Below are positions 25,486 to 35,797 of a DNA stretch of 50,092 nt, one piece after another. The notes beneath the pieces were generated by a model, which was given only the letters and a program-made list of their open reading frames with translations, did not search any database and was not told the origin of the DNA. The translations under genes were made by a program, and so were the position numbers. The stretch is from a virus (taxonomy: Duplodnaviria; Caudoviricetes): the IMG/VR virus record IMGVR_UViG_3300009406_000093, positions 1 through 50,092 of that record; one strand, 5' to 3'. Position 1 is the first letter of the stretch. Each line of letters begins with the position of its first letter.

Positions 25486-26758
25486 GCTTAATATACAGTT
25501 CTCACCTAAACAGCTTGAAGCTATATATAGACCTTACAGTCACACATTCGATGTATTGGAGGGTACTCCTCGTTCAGGAAAAACTACAGCAGGCCATTTC
25601 CGGTACGCTGATTATTTGACGTGGAGCCGGGATACTAACCATTTAATCGTCGCGTATAACCAAGAGCAAGCCTATCGACTATTCATTGACGGTGATGGCA
25701 CGGGTTTAATGCACATATTCGGCAATCTTGCAGAAGTTAAGCACGATGAACACGGTTCACATCTTCAAGTCCATACGCCGAATGGTGTGAAAAAGGTTTA
25801 TTACAAAGGCGGCGGCAAGTCGAATAGCGTCGGCGCAATCACTGGAATGTCTTTGGGTTCAGTGGCTTTTATGGAGATAAACTTATTGCACATGTCAATG
25901 ATTCAAGAGTGTTTCCGTCGTACATTTGCGGCGCTTGACAGATACCATTTAGCTGACTTAAATCCTCCAGCCCCGTTTCATCCGGTGATTAAAGAAGTAT
26001 TCGATGTACAAAATACGAATTGGCTTCACTGGACCATTCAAGACAATCCGATTATTACAGAGGAACGAAAGCGAGAAATCCACGAGATACTAAAAAAGAA
26101 TCCGTATTTGTTGCGGCGTGACTGGTTCGGCGAGCGCGTAATGCCACAAGGTGTTGTGTATGCAATGTTTGATTTAAATGTAAATAGCCTTCCTGCTATC
26201 GTTGGCAAGCGTTACGAAATGTACTTCGTTGCGGATGGTGGTCAATCAGATGCAACTTCTTGTAGTTGCAATATTGTTGTTCGTTCTGAAAATAAATTCC
26301 GTTTGTTGAGAGTGGCCAACTACTACCACAGTGGGGCCGAAACAGGGCAAGTTAAGGCGATGTCAATATATGCAAAAGAAATCAAGAAGTTCAAGGAGTG
26401 GTGCGAGAAGAAATTCGAAATGAAACATTCGGAGTTCTTTGTTGACCCTGCTTGTAAATCATTGCGTGAAGAGTTGCATCTGCTGCGCATCCAAACATCG
26501 AGAGCAGATAACAACGCACAAGACGGTCGTCAAAAAGGTGGTGGAGTCGAGACAGGGATTGAACGACTCCAAAACTCCATCACGAACGAACAGTTCTTTG
26601 TTGTTGAGGTTGATGATGAGTACGATCATTACAATTTTCTCAAAGAAATCGGGATGTATGTCCGTTTAGATAACGGCGAACCGATTGATAGTTATAATCA
26701 CGCCTTGGACGAGGCTAGATATGCAAATAACTACTTCTATAACAGATATGTGAAATAA
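25478..26758 (+). CDS. terL: Terminase large subunit (PBSX-like)
   Basis: GTPRSGKT Walker A, DLNP, VDPA, NHALDEARY. Confidence 0.95.
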   Translation: MSKLNIQFSPKQLEAIYRPYSHTFDVLEGTPRSGKTTAGHFRYADYLTWSRDTNHLIVAYNQEQAYRLFIDGDGTGLMHIFGNLAEVKHDEHGSHLQVHTPNGVKKVYYKGGGKSNSVGAITGMSLGSVAFMEINLLHMSMIQECFRRTFAALDRYHLADLNPPAPFHPVIKEVFDVQNTNWLHWTIQDNPIITEERKREIHEILKKNPYLLRRDWFGERVMPQGVVYAMFDLNVNSLPAIVGKRYEMYFVADGGQSDATSCSCNIVVRSENKFRLLRVANYYHSGAETGQVKAMSIYAKEIKKFKEWCEKKFEMKHSEFFVDPACKSLREELHLLRIQTSRADNNAQDGRQKGGGVETGIERLQNSITNEQFFVVEVDDEYDHYNFLKEIGMYVRLDNGEPIDSYNHALDEARYANNYFYNRYVK

Positions 26759-26770
26759 GGCGGTGAACAA

Positions 26771-28264
26771 ATGTTCAAATCCATCATTTCGAAAATAAAG
26801 GCGGCGATGCAACGTATGGGACTCGTAAAAACAGTGAAGTCACTATCAGATATAAAAAGTATTCCAATTGATGATAAATTTTATCAAATGATTGAAATGT
26901 GGAAAGCTCTTTACCAAGGATATTTTAGTGAGTGGCATGATTTGCAATACACTACTATCAACGGACCTAAGAAAAGACGTATGACCACATTAATTATGCC
27001 TAAAGTATTATCGCAAGAAATGGCGACTTTGATCTTTAATGAACGTTGTGAAATCAACATTGATGATAAGGATTTAGCAAAGAATATTGAAGGTGTTTTG
27101 AAGGACAATAAGTTTAACAAGCATTTTCAGGATTACCTGGAATACCAATTCGCACTAGGCGGAATGGTTATTAAACCGTATTTTCAAGATGGCGAGATTA
27201 AACTTTCATATGTAACGCCTGATTGCTTCATTCCCGTTGCTTGGGATAACAAAGGTATCTTCGAAGCGGTATTCACAAATCAAACTCGTAAAGGTCAGAA
27301 GGTTTACACGCATCTTGAGTGGCACTTACGTGAAGCTGATGAATATGTAGTTAAGAACGAATTATATGTAAGTGAAAATGCGACAGAGCTTGGAAAGAAG
27401 GTCCCGTTAAATACGCTTTATCCAGCACTCGAAGAAGAAGCGCGAGTAAGCGGAATAAAGCGTTCTTTGTTTGTCTATTTTTCACCAAACACGGCAAATC
27501 ACATCGACATGTCCAGTCCGTTGGGTGTGCCGATTTTTTCCCATGCACTTGACACTTTGAAGACATTGGACGTTGCTTATGATTCATTCGAGAGAGAGTT
27601 CCGACTTGGTAAACGTAGAATCATCGTTCCTGCAACTGCAGTCAAGACTGTCATCGACGAACACGGAATACCACAAAGGTATTTTGATGCAAACGATGAA
27701 GTGTATGAAGCTATGCAGATTGGTGGAATGGATGACGGCAAGATTATTGATAATACAGTGGAATTAAGAGTTGAAGAACATGTTGCTGCTATAAATGCAC
27801 TGCTTAACCTTTTGTCAATGCAAACTGGGTTCAGTAGTGGATCATTTGCCTTCGATGGAAAGAGCATGAAAACCGCAACAGAGGTCGTCAGTGAGAACTC
27901 TAAGACATTCCGCACGAAGCAATCTCATGAGGTAATAGTAGAAGAGGGATTGATTGAACTTGTTGAGGTTATTGTCCAGTTGGCTGAATTGTATGATGTG
28001 TTTAGCCGTCCGAAAGGTAAATATGGGGTAACAGTCACGTTTGATGATTCTATCGCGCAAGACAGAACTACAGACATTAATGAGCAGGCTATGTTATTGA
28101 GCATGGGCACGACATCTAAGAAAAAAGCAATCATGAAAATTCATGGTGTGACTGAAAAAGAAGCGCTGGAAATCCTAGTTGAAATTTGGAACGAGGAACG
28201 AAGGTCTTCACCAGAACGTGAAGAAATAGAGAAGGAAGTTAGCTTTTTTGGTGAAAGGGAGTGA
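26771..28264 (+). CDS. Portal protein (A118-type)
   Basis: Position, size, KTATEVVSENSKTFRT motif. Confidence 0.92.
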   Translation: MFKSIISKIKAAMQRMGLVKTVKSLSDIKSIPIDDKFYQMIEMWKALYQGYFSEWHDLQYTTINGPKKRRMTTLIMPKVLSQEMATLIFNERCEINIDDKDLAKNIEGVLKDNKFNKHFQDYLEYQFALGGMVIKPYFQDGEIKLSYVTPDCFIPVAWDNKGIFEAVFTNQTRKGQKVYTHLEWHLREADEYVVKNELYVSENATELGKKVPLNTLYPALEEEARVSGIKRSLFVYFSPNTANHIDMSSPLGVPIFSHALDTLKTLDVAYDSFEREFRLGKRRIIVPATAVKTVIDEHGIPQRYFDANDEVYEAMQIGGMDDGKIIDNTVELRVEEHVAAINALLNLLSMQTGFSSGSFAFDGKSMKTATEVVSENSKTFRTKQSHEVIVEEGLIELVEVIVQLAELYDVFSRPKGKYGVTVTFDDSIAQDRTTDINEQAMLLSMGTTSKKKAIMKIHGVTEKEALEILVEIWNEERRSSPEREEIEKEVSFFGERE

Positions 28265-28545
28265 TGAAGGTGGATTGCAAGCATAAGTGGATCGACATGG
28301 AAGATGGTTCGTTTGATCAGTTTTGTGTGCGGTGTAGTTTAAAGCAGATGCAGAATGTGATGATGCCTTTAGGTGCTGAAATATCAGCTTCAATCGCCCA
28401 GTCGATAGCTAGGGAGAGAATAGAAGTACCTTTTTACAACGGTTCGGAACATACAAGGATATCGGTTTATAAAGACGACCTAATCAAGCGGATGAGCAAA
28501 GAGTTGGGAGTGCCAGGTGCTTTACTCAACGGTGCCAGGCGGTGA
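28261..28545 (+). CDS. Hypothetical protein
   Basis: Overlaps the portal stop; CKH..CVRC. Confidence 0.6.
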   Translation: MMKVDCKHKWIDMEDGSFDQFCVRCSLKQMQNVMMPLGAEISASIAQSIARERIEVPFYNGSEHTRISVYKDDLIKRMSKELGVPGALLNGARR

Positions 28546-28549
28546 TTAA

Positions 28550-29671
28550 ATGCCAAAACCCATCATCACACCATATCAATTTAACGAATACTCCTCTCAA
28601 ATAGTCGATATATATGTTGAACTTGAAGATGAACTCTTCCTGCAGATTGCCAAACGATTAAAAACCAATCCAGCGCATGGAAAAGACTACGTTCTTCAGT
28701 GGAAAGTGGAAAAAATGCAGCAGTTACGAATGCTGAACCAAGAAACGATTAAAGAACTATCGAAAGCAACAGGTCTTGCAGCTAGTGAAATTGAGAGCAT
28801 GATTAATGATGTTGGGTTTAAATCAATTAAAAGCATTGATGAAGAGCTAAAAGGCAGATACAAGGCACTTCCTCCACCAACGCAAATCGACATTGTGCTT
28901 CAAGGTTTTGTTACTCAAACTTTTCTTGAATTAGACAATTACGTCAATCAAACGCTCATCTCAACTACATTCGGACGCGGCACTGTTGCGGATATGTATC
29001 GTAAAATCGTTGAGGAAGCCACGGCGCAAGTTTTAGCGGGTAATAAGATGATTAATCAAGCAGTTGCCGAGACAACGATTAAATGGGCTGGGAAAGGTTT
29101 TGCAACGGGTTTTGTTGATAAAGGTGGTAGAACATGGCACTTAGAACAATATGCAGACACATTGATTAGAAATACAGTCAACAATACTTATAACGAATTG
29201 CGTACATCCCGTATGGAGGAATATGGGGTGGATTTGGTGTTGGTGAATAGTTATAGTGATCCACGACCTGCATGTTCGCAGATACAGGGTAATGTTTGTT
29301 CGATGAGTAATCCGTCCAGTAACCCTAAGTACCCAAGTATTTATGAATTTGGTTATGGTGAACCGTGGGGTATCCGCGGCGTGAATTGTCGGCATATTCT
29401 TTACCCATTCATTGACGGTCTAAATACCAACAACCAACTTCAATACAGAGATGAAGAAATGAAAAAGAACTATGATTTGTCGCAGAAACAACGCTATTAC
29501 GAGCGACAAGTAAGAAAAGCCAAACGTTCGTTAAACCTCGCGAATGAAATTGGTGATGAAGATTCGGTAAAGCGTTACAAAAAGTTAGTGAGGAGTAAGC
29601 AAGCCGATGTTCGTGAGTTTATTGGTGAAAACAAGTTGCCAAGAAGGTATGATAAGGAAAAGGTATTCTAG
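28550..29671 (+). CDS. Phage minor capsid protein (A118 gp4-like)
   Basis: RPACSQIQG, GVNCRHILYPF, QRYYERQVRKAKR. Confidence 0.9.
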   Translation: MPKPIITPYQFNEYSSQIVDIYVELEDELFLQIAKRLKTNPAHGKDYVLQWKVEKMQQLRMLNQETIKELSKATGLAASEIESMINDVGFKSIKSIDEELKGRYKALPPPTQIDIVLQGFVTQTFLELDNYVNQTLISTTFGRGTVADMYRKIVEEATAQVLAGNKMINQAVAETTIKWAGKGFATGFVDKGGRTWHLEQYADTLIRNTVNNTYNELRTSRMEEYGVDLVLVNSYSDPRPACSQIQGNVCSMSNPSSNPKYPSIYEFGYGEPWGIRGVNCRHILYPFIDGLNTNNQLQYRDEEMKKNYDLSQKQRYYERQVRKAKRSLNLANEIGDEDSVKRYKKLVRSKQADVREFIGENKLPRRYDKEKVF

Positions 29672-29684
29672 GAGGTTTGAGACG

Positions 29685-30023
29685 GTGAAAATTGATTTCG
29701 ACGACTTTTACCATGAATGGCCAATGAAAAAACCAGTATCTGTCGAAAAATACTATTTAGACGAAGGTCGTACGCTCAACACTAGACAAATGACATATTC
29801 TTTTATTGGCGAAGGTCGAGAAGGCATGGAGCCAACTTTTGAAGTGGACGATGTGATTTTACATCAACGCGATAACGAACCTTATGTAATCGAGAAAGTT
29901 GAAAGATTTTCAAGTGAGGTGTATGCAGAAAAGTTAGATGCAAATATGAAAAGTACAAACTTTTTCATTTGGCTAGAAGAAACAGAAATATATCACAAAC
30001 TTAAAGATGTTGAATGGGTTTAG
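29685..30023 (+). CDS. Hypothetical accessory protein
   Basis: SD AGGAGG, GTG start, followed by a terminator. Confidence 0.6.
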   Translation: MKIDFDDFYHEWPMKKPVSVEKYYLDEGRTLNTRQMTYSFIGEGREGMEPTFEVDDVILHQRDNEPYVIEKVERFSSEVYAEKLDANMKSTNFFIWLEETEIYHKLKDVEWV

Positions 30024-30050
30024 AAGTCATCCAAATAGGGTGGCTTTTTT
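30024..30050 (+). terminator. Intrinsic terminator
   Basis: AAGTCATCC-AAATA-GGGTGGCTT followed by TTTT. Confidence 0.7.
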
Positions 30051-30186
30051 CTATTCCTTGAAAGGGGTGATGGACCTTGTTGTTGCATCTTGATAAATGT
30101 GGCGATATGCCGGGAAGGTAAGGTGATCCAGCATCTTGGTTTGCTACTCCATTATGTAGCTATAATTCAAAGGAAAAGGAGTGATT

Positions 30187-30357
30187 ATGTTGGATAACCA
30201 AAAAATCTTGAATCAAGCAATCGAACTATTGGTAGGTTTGGACCTAACAGATGCTGAATCTGTGCAATTTAACCACACTAAATATGATGACGGTTCATCT
30301 TTATTTGAAGTTGGCGTTTCATTTCCTGCTAAAGAAAATAAGGAGGTATTTGAATAA
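30187..30357 (+). CDS. 56-aa hypothetical protein
   Basis: SD AAGGAGTGA; TAATG coupling to the next gene. Confidence 0.6.
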   Translation: MLDNQKILNQAIELLVGLDLTDAESVQFNHTKYDDGSSLFEVGVSFPAKENKEVFE

Positions 30358-30608
30358 TGATGCCGACAAAAAAAGACCTGTTAACTACATTTGCAAGAGC
30401 TAAAGAAACAAATTCACCTTATGTCTTTGTCAGGATTAATGCTGAAGGTGTAGCCGAATTAATCGTAATTCCTGAACGCTCGTTTAAAGCGAAGGAGAAG
30501 TTTTACCGCGGCGCTTATAACAATGATTTAACTCACGTTATGAATAAAAATGTGGTAATTACTAACTTCAGTTGCGGTGAAATTGACAAAGTTTCGAACA
30601 TCATTTAA
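30357..30608 (+). CDS. Hypothetical protein
   Basis: SD AAGGAGG; YRGAYNNDLTH motif. Confidence 0.7.
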   Translation: MMPTKKDLLTTFARAKETNSPYVFVRINAEGVAELIVIPERSFKAKEKFYRGAYNNDLTHVMNKNVVITNFSCGEIDKVSNII

Positions 30609-30611
30609 TTC

Positions 30612-30686
30612 TCGTCTTTAAGCAATAGACGATATAAACAGGCTTATTTATTATGCCTTTTATCTGTTAGGCGACAAAGAAACAGA
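30612..30686 (+). promoter_or_regulatory. Two tandem H-type pseudoknots in the scaffold-gene leader
   Basis: PK1 TCGTCT/AGACGA plus TAAGC/GCTTA; PK2 GCCT/AGGC plus TCTGTT/AACAGA. Confidence 0.55.
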
Positions 30687-30721
30687 AGGAAAACACTATC
30701 CATAATTGGAGGGAACTATAT

Positions 30722-31378
30722 ATGTTAAATTTATTACGATTACCAATTCAATTCTTTTCTGCTGATACAAGCGGCGGAAATGGTGACCAGACACCACCAG
30801 ACCAAACTGGGGGAGCTCAACAAACTGACGATCAACAGCAACAACAAACGGGTACAGGCGACCAAACACCACCAGGAGACAGCAAGACGTTCACGCAAGA
30901 CGATGTCAATAATCTAATTGCCCGGGAAACGAAGAAGCAGCAGGAAAAAATGCTGAAAGATTTGGGTATCGAGGATTTCAAAGGGGCAAAAGAAGGTCTG
31001 ACCAAACTGAAAGAATTTCAAGATGCACAGAAAACCGAAGCTGAACGGCAAGCGGAAGCATTGAAAGAGTTCGAATCTACAAATGACTCTCTTTCAGAGG
31101 AGAACGCGACACTTAAAGCACAGATTTCTGCAACAAGAGCGGGCGTCAAAGCTGATAGCTTATCAGACGTGGTAACGTTGGCTAAAACGATGCTCAGTGA
31201 TGAAGTGGATATGGATGCAGCGATTAAAGCTGTAGTTGAAAAGTATCCTCACTTTGCACAAGCGGCGGAACCTTCACCTGATCCAAATGCACCACCGAAA
31301 CCGAAGTTTTCAAACGGTCAGCATCAAACACAACCTACATCCGAAAAAGATAAATGGTTAGAAGCCTTCAAAATGTAA
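30722..31378 (+). CDS. Capsid scaffolding protein
   Basis: LPIQFFS start, KTFTQDDVNNLIARE, located before the major capsid gene. Confidence 0.88.
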   Translation: MLNLLRLPIQFFSADTSGGNGDQTPPDQTGGAQQTDDQQQQQTGTGDQTPPGDSKTFTQDDVNNLIARETKKQQEKMLKDLGIEDFKGAKEGLTKLKEFQDAQKTEAERQAEALKEFESTNDSLSEENATLKAQISATRAGVKADSLSDVVTLAKTMLSDEVDMDAAIKAVVEKYPHFAQAAEPSPDPNAPPKPKFSNGQHQTQPTSEKDKWLEAFKM

Positions 31379-31422
31379 GTCTTTTTATTATGCTTAAAAA
31401 CAAAAAATAGGAGTGATTATTA

Positions 31423-32319
31423 ATGGCAGTTCCAAATTATGCAGAAAATTATCTACAGGCACTTCAACAAAAGTTCACTACAGGTTTGAGCTTCAATGCT
31501 CTTTACGGCACACCAAACAATGCGAATATCAAGTGGGTCAACGCAAAAACGGTTCAAATTCCACGAGTTACAGTAGGCGGATTTGTCGATGTGGACCGAG
31601 ATGTGGTCGGCTCATTTACTCGTCGCGCCGATAATGACTGGGAGACAAAAACAATTGAGCATGACCGTGAGTTCCGAACGCTTGTAGACCCAATGGACAT
31701 TGACGAAACGAACCTAGCACTATCTATCGCTAACATTACGCGCGTTTTCAACGATGAAGAAAAATTACCAGAGATGGACAAGTATGCTGCATCTAAATTA
31801 TTCTCTGAATTTGGTCAGTACGGCGGCACGGCTAACACGGAGGAGCTAACACCCGAAAACATACTTGGTGTATTCGACACGTTTATGATGGAAATGGATG
31901 ACGCTGAGGTTCCACAGGCTGGACGTATCCTTTATGTGACGCCACAAGTCAACAAAGTCTTGAAGACAGCGCAAAGCATTCAACGCTCACTTGATGTAGC
32001 AGGGAATTCTGGAAATGTAAATCGCGGCATCTATTCACTTGATGATGTAACGATTCAGATGGTCCCGTCTTCTCGAATGAAAACAGCTTATAACTTCACT
32101 GATGGTGCGGTACCGGATGTAGCGGCGAAGCAAATCAATATGATTATGGTCCATCCACTGTCGGTTATCACGCCACAGAAATATGAGTTTGTGAGTTTGG
32201 ATGCTCCGTCGGCGGCAACAGGCGGGAAATTCTTGTACTATGAGCGCAAGTATTTCGATATCTTTGCAATCGAGAAAAAAGTTCCGGGTATTTTGTTCAA
32301 TGTCGAAGCAACTGTTTAA
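31423..32319 (+). CDS. Major capsid protein
   Basis: Position; DPMDIDETN, PEMDKY, GRILYVTP. Confidence 0.92.
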   Translation: MAVPNYAENYLQALQQKFTTGLSFNALYGTPNNANIKWVNAKTVQIPRVTVGGFVDVDRDVVGSFTRRADNDWETKTIEHDREFRTLVDPMDIDETNLALSIANITRVFNDEEKLPEMDKYAASKLFSEFGQYGGTANTEELTPENILGVFDTFMMEMDDAEVPQAGRILYVTPQVNKVLKTAQSIQRSLDVAGNSGNVNRGIYSLDDVTIQMVPSSRMKTAYNFTDGAVPDVAAKQINMIMVHPLSVITPQKYEFVSLDAPSAATGGKFLYYERKYFDIFAIEKKVPGILFNVEATV

Positions 32320-32368
32320 GAGGGAGCATAGCGCTCTCTCTTTTTAATATTTGAAGGAGGTAATCATA

Positions 32369-32638
32369 TTGAGTAATGCAGTAAAAATTAGAAAGAAAAA
32401 TCGTATTTTGCATGTTGAAACAAGCCGTTTAGAAGGATTCCTGAGTCAGGGTTATGATCAGATTGATGATGAAGGAAAAGTAATCAAGCTGGCAACTGGC
32501 GGACGTACGGTATCGCTTCCCGAACATAACAAAGTCATCGAACAAAATGACAAATTAAAAGAAGAAAACAAGTCGCTGAAAGCTGAAATTAAAAAGCAAG
32601 ATGCAGATTTGAAAAAAACCGAAACACCAAAAAAGTAA
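32369..32638 (+). CDS. Small head-associated protein
   Basis: SD AAGGAGG; follows the capsid gene. Confidence 0.7.
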   Translation: MSNAVKIRKKNRILHVETSRLEGFLSQGYDQIDDEGKVIKLATGGRTVSLPEHNKVIEQNDKLKEENKSLKAEIKKQDADLKKTETPKK

Positions 32639-32650
32639 GGCGGTGAAATC

Positions 32651-33046
32651 ATGTCTTATTTAACACACAACGAATACGAGGATATGTTTTATCCGGAAAT
32701 AGATGAACCAGATTTTAATAGATTATTAATCCGAGCAAGTGACGTGTTGGATTCCGTCACAGGTGATTTTTATCAATTCAATGATTTAGAAACGGATATT
32801 GAGTATAGGAAAAACCAATTCAAAAAGGCGGTCGCTTGTCAGATAGAATATTTTCATGAAATTGGCGCTACAACGTCACATGGATTGAATGAGCCAGGCA
32901 CTGTCACAATCGGACGTACAACTCTCTCAAGTGGTTCGCGCGGAAGTGCGGCACAACAAGGACCATCTAATAAATTGGTTTCGGGTGATGCTAAAACCCA
33001 CCTTTCGAGAACGGGTCTGCTTTACACGGGAATCGGGGTGAGTTGA
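32651..33046 (+). CDS. Head-tail adaptor (A118 gp8-like)
   Basis: YLT..EY, KKAVACQIEY, L.RTGLLY.GI. Confidence 0.8.
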   Translation: MSYLTHNEYEDMFYPEIDEPDFNRLLIRASDVLDSVTGDFYQFNDLETDIEYRKNQFKKAVACQIEYFHEIGATTSHGLNEPGTVTIGRTTLSSGSRGSAAQQGPSNKLVSGDAKTHLSRTGLLYTGIGVS

Positions 33047-33390
33047 TGCGTATTAAACCATTGCCTAAGTCGTGGTTGATCCACACTATCATTTACGAAG
33101 GATTCACAGGCGGTAAAGATGACTGGGGTAAGCCTGCATTTGAAGCGCCGATTACAATTGAGTTCGTTCGACACGATCCAACGACTGTATTTAGCCGTGA
33201 TAGTTCGCAAACAAAAATAATTGCAAATGGAATTATATTTGTTGATGCAGTCAACAGCAATCCAATACCAGACTTTAAGGAAGAGTCGAAGATCGATTTC
33301 AATGGACGTAATTTGACGTTGAAAAAGATAATCCCTTGTTATTATCCGCAAAGAAATGAAATTCGGCACTGGGAATTGGAAGTGATTTAA
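33043..33390 (+). CDS. Head closure protein (A118 gp9-like)
   Basis: LPKSWLIH, DDWG, HWELEVI. Confidence 0.8.
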   Translation: MMRIKPLPKSWLIHTIIYEGFTGGKDDWGKPAFEAPITIEFVRHDPTTVFSRDSSQTKIIANGIIFVDAVNSNPIPDFKEESKIDFNGRNLTLKKIIPCYYPQRNEIRHWELEVI

Positions 33391-33720
33391 ATGGCGATTA
33401 GAGTAAATCTCACATCAAATTTAACAGGTGTTACACGTCGGGCGAATGAATTAGTAAGACTCGGGCAATATGCATTTGCGAATCAAGTCCACGCCGACAG
33501 TAATATCTATGCACCTAAACTCTCTATGGATTTAGTGAACCAGTCAACAATAGCGATTGATGGAAAGTCTATTATTTGGAATGTACCGTATGCACGCAAG
33601 CAATATTACGGTTATGGCTTTAAATTTTCCACACCCGGTACTGGTCCAAAATGGGATTCGAAAGCACTTGCTATTCATGGTGCTGATTGGCTCAGAATCA
33701 CAAAGGCGGCGATGAAATGA
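33391..33720 (+). CDS. Neck protein (A118 gp10-like)
   Basis: PYARKQYYG..TPGTGPKWD. Confidence 0.8.
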   Translation: MAIRVNLTSNLTGVTRRANELVRLGQYAFANQVHADSNIYAPKLSMDLVNQSTIAIDGKSIIWNVPYARKQYYGYGFKFSTPGTGPKWDSKALAIHGADWLRITKAAMK

Positions 33721-33781
33721 TACATTTATCCCTCTTTTGTACTATCATTGTGTTTAATACTTTGATAGAGGGGGAGATGTA

Positions 33782-34273
33782 ATGGATTGGAACTTGATTG
33801 TTGTCGCTGTATCAACATTGGCAGCTAGCTTAGGTTCAGCGTATTTAGTAGGGAGTTTCAATATGAAATCTCAAAATCAAGCCTTGAATTTAGAGCTACG
33901 GAAGGCGGAAGATGAGCGCAAATATAATGAAAAGCAAGAATTAATCACAACATATAATAATGTGCTTAGAAAAAATGGAGAACTTTCCATTACAGACATG
34001 TTAGATAATGGATTAATGAAGATGGATATTTCATTATATAATAAAGAAATTAGATCAGATCTTTATAATCAATACTCTAAATTAGACAAGGTAGTAGCAG
34101 AAATTCTAACCGAAATTGATAAAAAGAAAGTGGAACTCGACTTGATATGGATGACTGGCGAGGATTATCAGACGATTCAAGATGAATGCGTCCACTTATA
34201 TTTCGATTTAACAAACAGGATCAACGAAATAATTGATGAACAAAGAGAAAGGACTCAACTGAGAGGTGATTGA
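33782..34273 (+). CDS. Accessory protein with N-terminal TM segment inserted among neck genes
   Basis: AT-rich; interrupts the gp10-gp11 order. Confidence 0.7.
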   Translation: MDWNLIVVAVSTLAASLGSAYLVGSFNMKSQNQALNLELRKAEDERKYNEKQELITTYNNVLRKNGELSITDMLDNGLMKMDISLYNKEIRSDLYNQYSKLDKVVAEILTEIDKKKVELDLIWMTGEDYQTIQDECVHLYFDLTNRINEIIDEQRERTQLRGD

Positions 34274-34676
34274 TATTGTATCACTAGATTTTATGCTTCA
34301 ACTCAACAGCAAAATAAACAATCTCGGACTTTTCTCCGACTCATACATCGGCTTGCTCGGAACGGATGAAAGCATGTCAATTATGGCTATGCCGGGCGGT
34401 GCTGAAACTGTATTTATGGATGGCGTGAGGGACAAAGATTATCAAGTTCAGGTAAATGCTAAAAGTCAAGATCAGATGAATTGTTTCAATGCACTAACCG
34501 AAATTTATCAAACACTCGAAAACTTAGATTCTTTGCCTAGCGGTAACGGTAGCTATGATTTCGAGAAAATAGAAACGAAATCCTTGCCTTCCTTGGTAAC
34601 CCAAGACGAGCAGGGATTTTTCGTGTACGCACTTTCAATTAGTGCAAAAATAACAATATATAAGGGAGTGGCTTAA
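34266..34676 (+). CDS. Tail terminator (A118 gp11-like)
   Basis: MPGGAETVFMDG, SGNGSYDF; before the tail tube gene. Confidence 0.8.
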   Translation: MIDIVSLDFMLQLNSKINNLGLFSDSYIGLLGTDESMSIMAMPGGAETVFMDGVRDKDYQVQVNAKSQDQMNCFNALTEIYQTLENLDSLPSGNGSYDFEKIETKSLPSLVTQDEQGFFVYALSISAKITIYKGVA

Positions 34677-35108
34677 ATGGCTAGAAAAAAGAATGCTTTA
34701 ACGAAGTATCATGTTGGTGCAATCCCGGAATTATTGGGTGAAGTAACATATCTAGAGTTAGCAAGATGGATTTCAAGCGTAACTGATGATTCAGACGAAG
34801 AAACAGAAGACCAAGGTTGGTATGACGGTGACGGCACGAAGGAAACGGATGTTATTTCCGTTAAAAAGTCTTACACGTTTGAAGGTTTATACGATGCTGA
34901 CAACCCTGCAATGGCATTTGTTGCAGCTCTTGAATTTGAAACGGGTGAAGCACGAAAAGTAAACTTTAAACAAGTGCGAACAGATGGCAGTACCCTGATC
35001 GGGCCCGCTACGATTTCGGGAATTAAAGTTACAGGTGGGGAAGCTACTGAGTATCCTGCTTTTGAGTGTACTATCTCATGGGACGTTAAGCCGACTATTA
35101 CGCCCTAA
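34677..35108 (+). CDS. Major tail tube protein
   Basis: YDGDGTKET motif; position; ends CCC TAA. Confidence 0.88.
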   Translation: MARKKNALTKYHVGAIPELLGEVTYLELARWISSVTDDSDEETEDQGWYDGDGTKETDVISVKKSYTFEGLYDADNPAMAFVAALEFETGEARKVNFKQVRTDGSTLIGPATISGIKVTGGEATEYPAFECTISWDVKPTITP

Positions 35109-35349
35109 TGCACCCGACAACCTAACAGCTACTAACGAAACCGTTACAACGGTAGATTTAACATGGAATGCTGTTAGCCATGCTGTCGGATATAAAGTCT
35201 ATCAAGGCGGTCTTGAAATCGCTACGATAGGCACAAACAGTTATCAAGTTGTGGGACTCACAACAGCTACAATATACGAGTTTCACGTTACAGCTATTGC
35301 GGACGAGGAATCTATTCCATCAACAACAGTAAGCGCGACAACGTTATAA
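35103..35349 (+). CDS. Fibronectin type III extension of the tail tube via +1 frameshift
   Basis: CCC-TAA slippery site; +1 frame PNAPDNL..VDLTWNAV..GYKVY..GLT..T.YEF.VTA. Confidence 0.85.
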
Positions 35350-35400
35350 CGCGAGAGAAAGTGGTTTATTCCACTTTCTTTTTTATATTAAAAATTAGGA

Positions 35401-35787
35401 GTGATTATATTGGTCATTAAAATACAAACAGAAGAAACATTTATTCCAATCGAGTTTGGTAAATTAAAGTTTAAATTTGATACGTCCGACGAATCCATTC
35501 AATCTTTTTACAAGAGTGGTGAAGAAACAATGAAAGAAATTGAATCTATTTCAGCCGTTGAGGGTGAAGAAATAGAAACGGTTAAAGCGATACTAAAAAA
35601 AGGCTATGATACTTTCTTAGGTGATGGCGCATTCGAGAAGATTTACAAACAGACACCTTCTGTTATCAATCTATCTAGTTACTTCATTCAGTTGTCTCAA
35701 TCTATTACAGAAGAAATTGAAAACATGGGGTTAACAGAATCGCAACAAACTAAGGTAGATAAATACTTACAAAACAAAAAGAAGTAG
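35401..35787 (+). CDS. Tail assembly chaperone
   Basis: FLGDGAFEKIY; between the tube and tape measure genes. Confidence 0.8.
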   Translation: MIILVIKIQTEETFIPIEFGKLKFKFDTSDESIQSFYKSGEETMKEIESISAVEGEEIETVKAILKKGYDTFLGDGAFEKIYKQTPSVINLSSYFIQLSQSITEEIENMGLTESQQTKVDKYLQNKKK

Positions 35788-35797
35788 GTGAAAGCTG

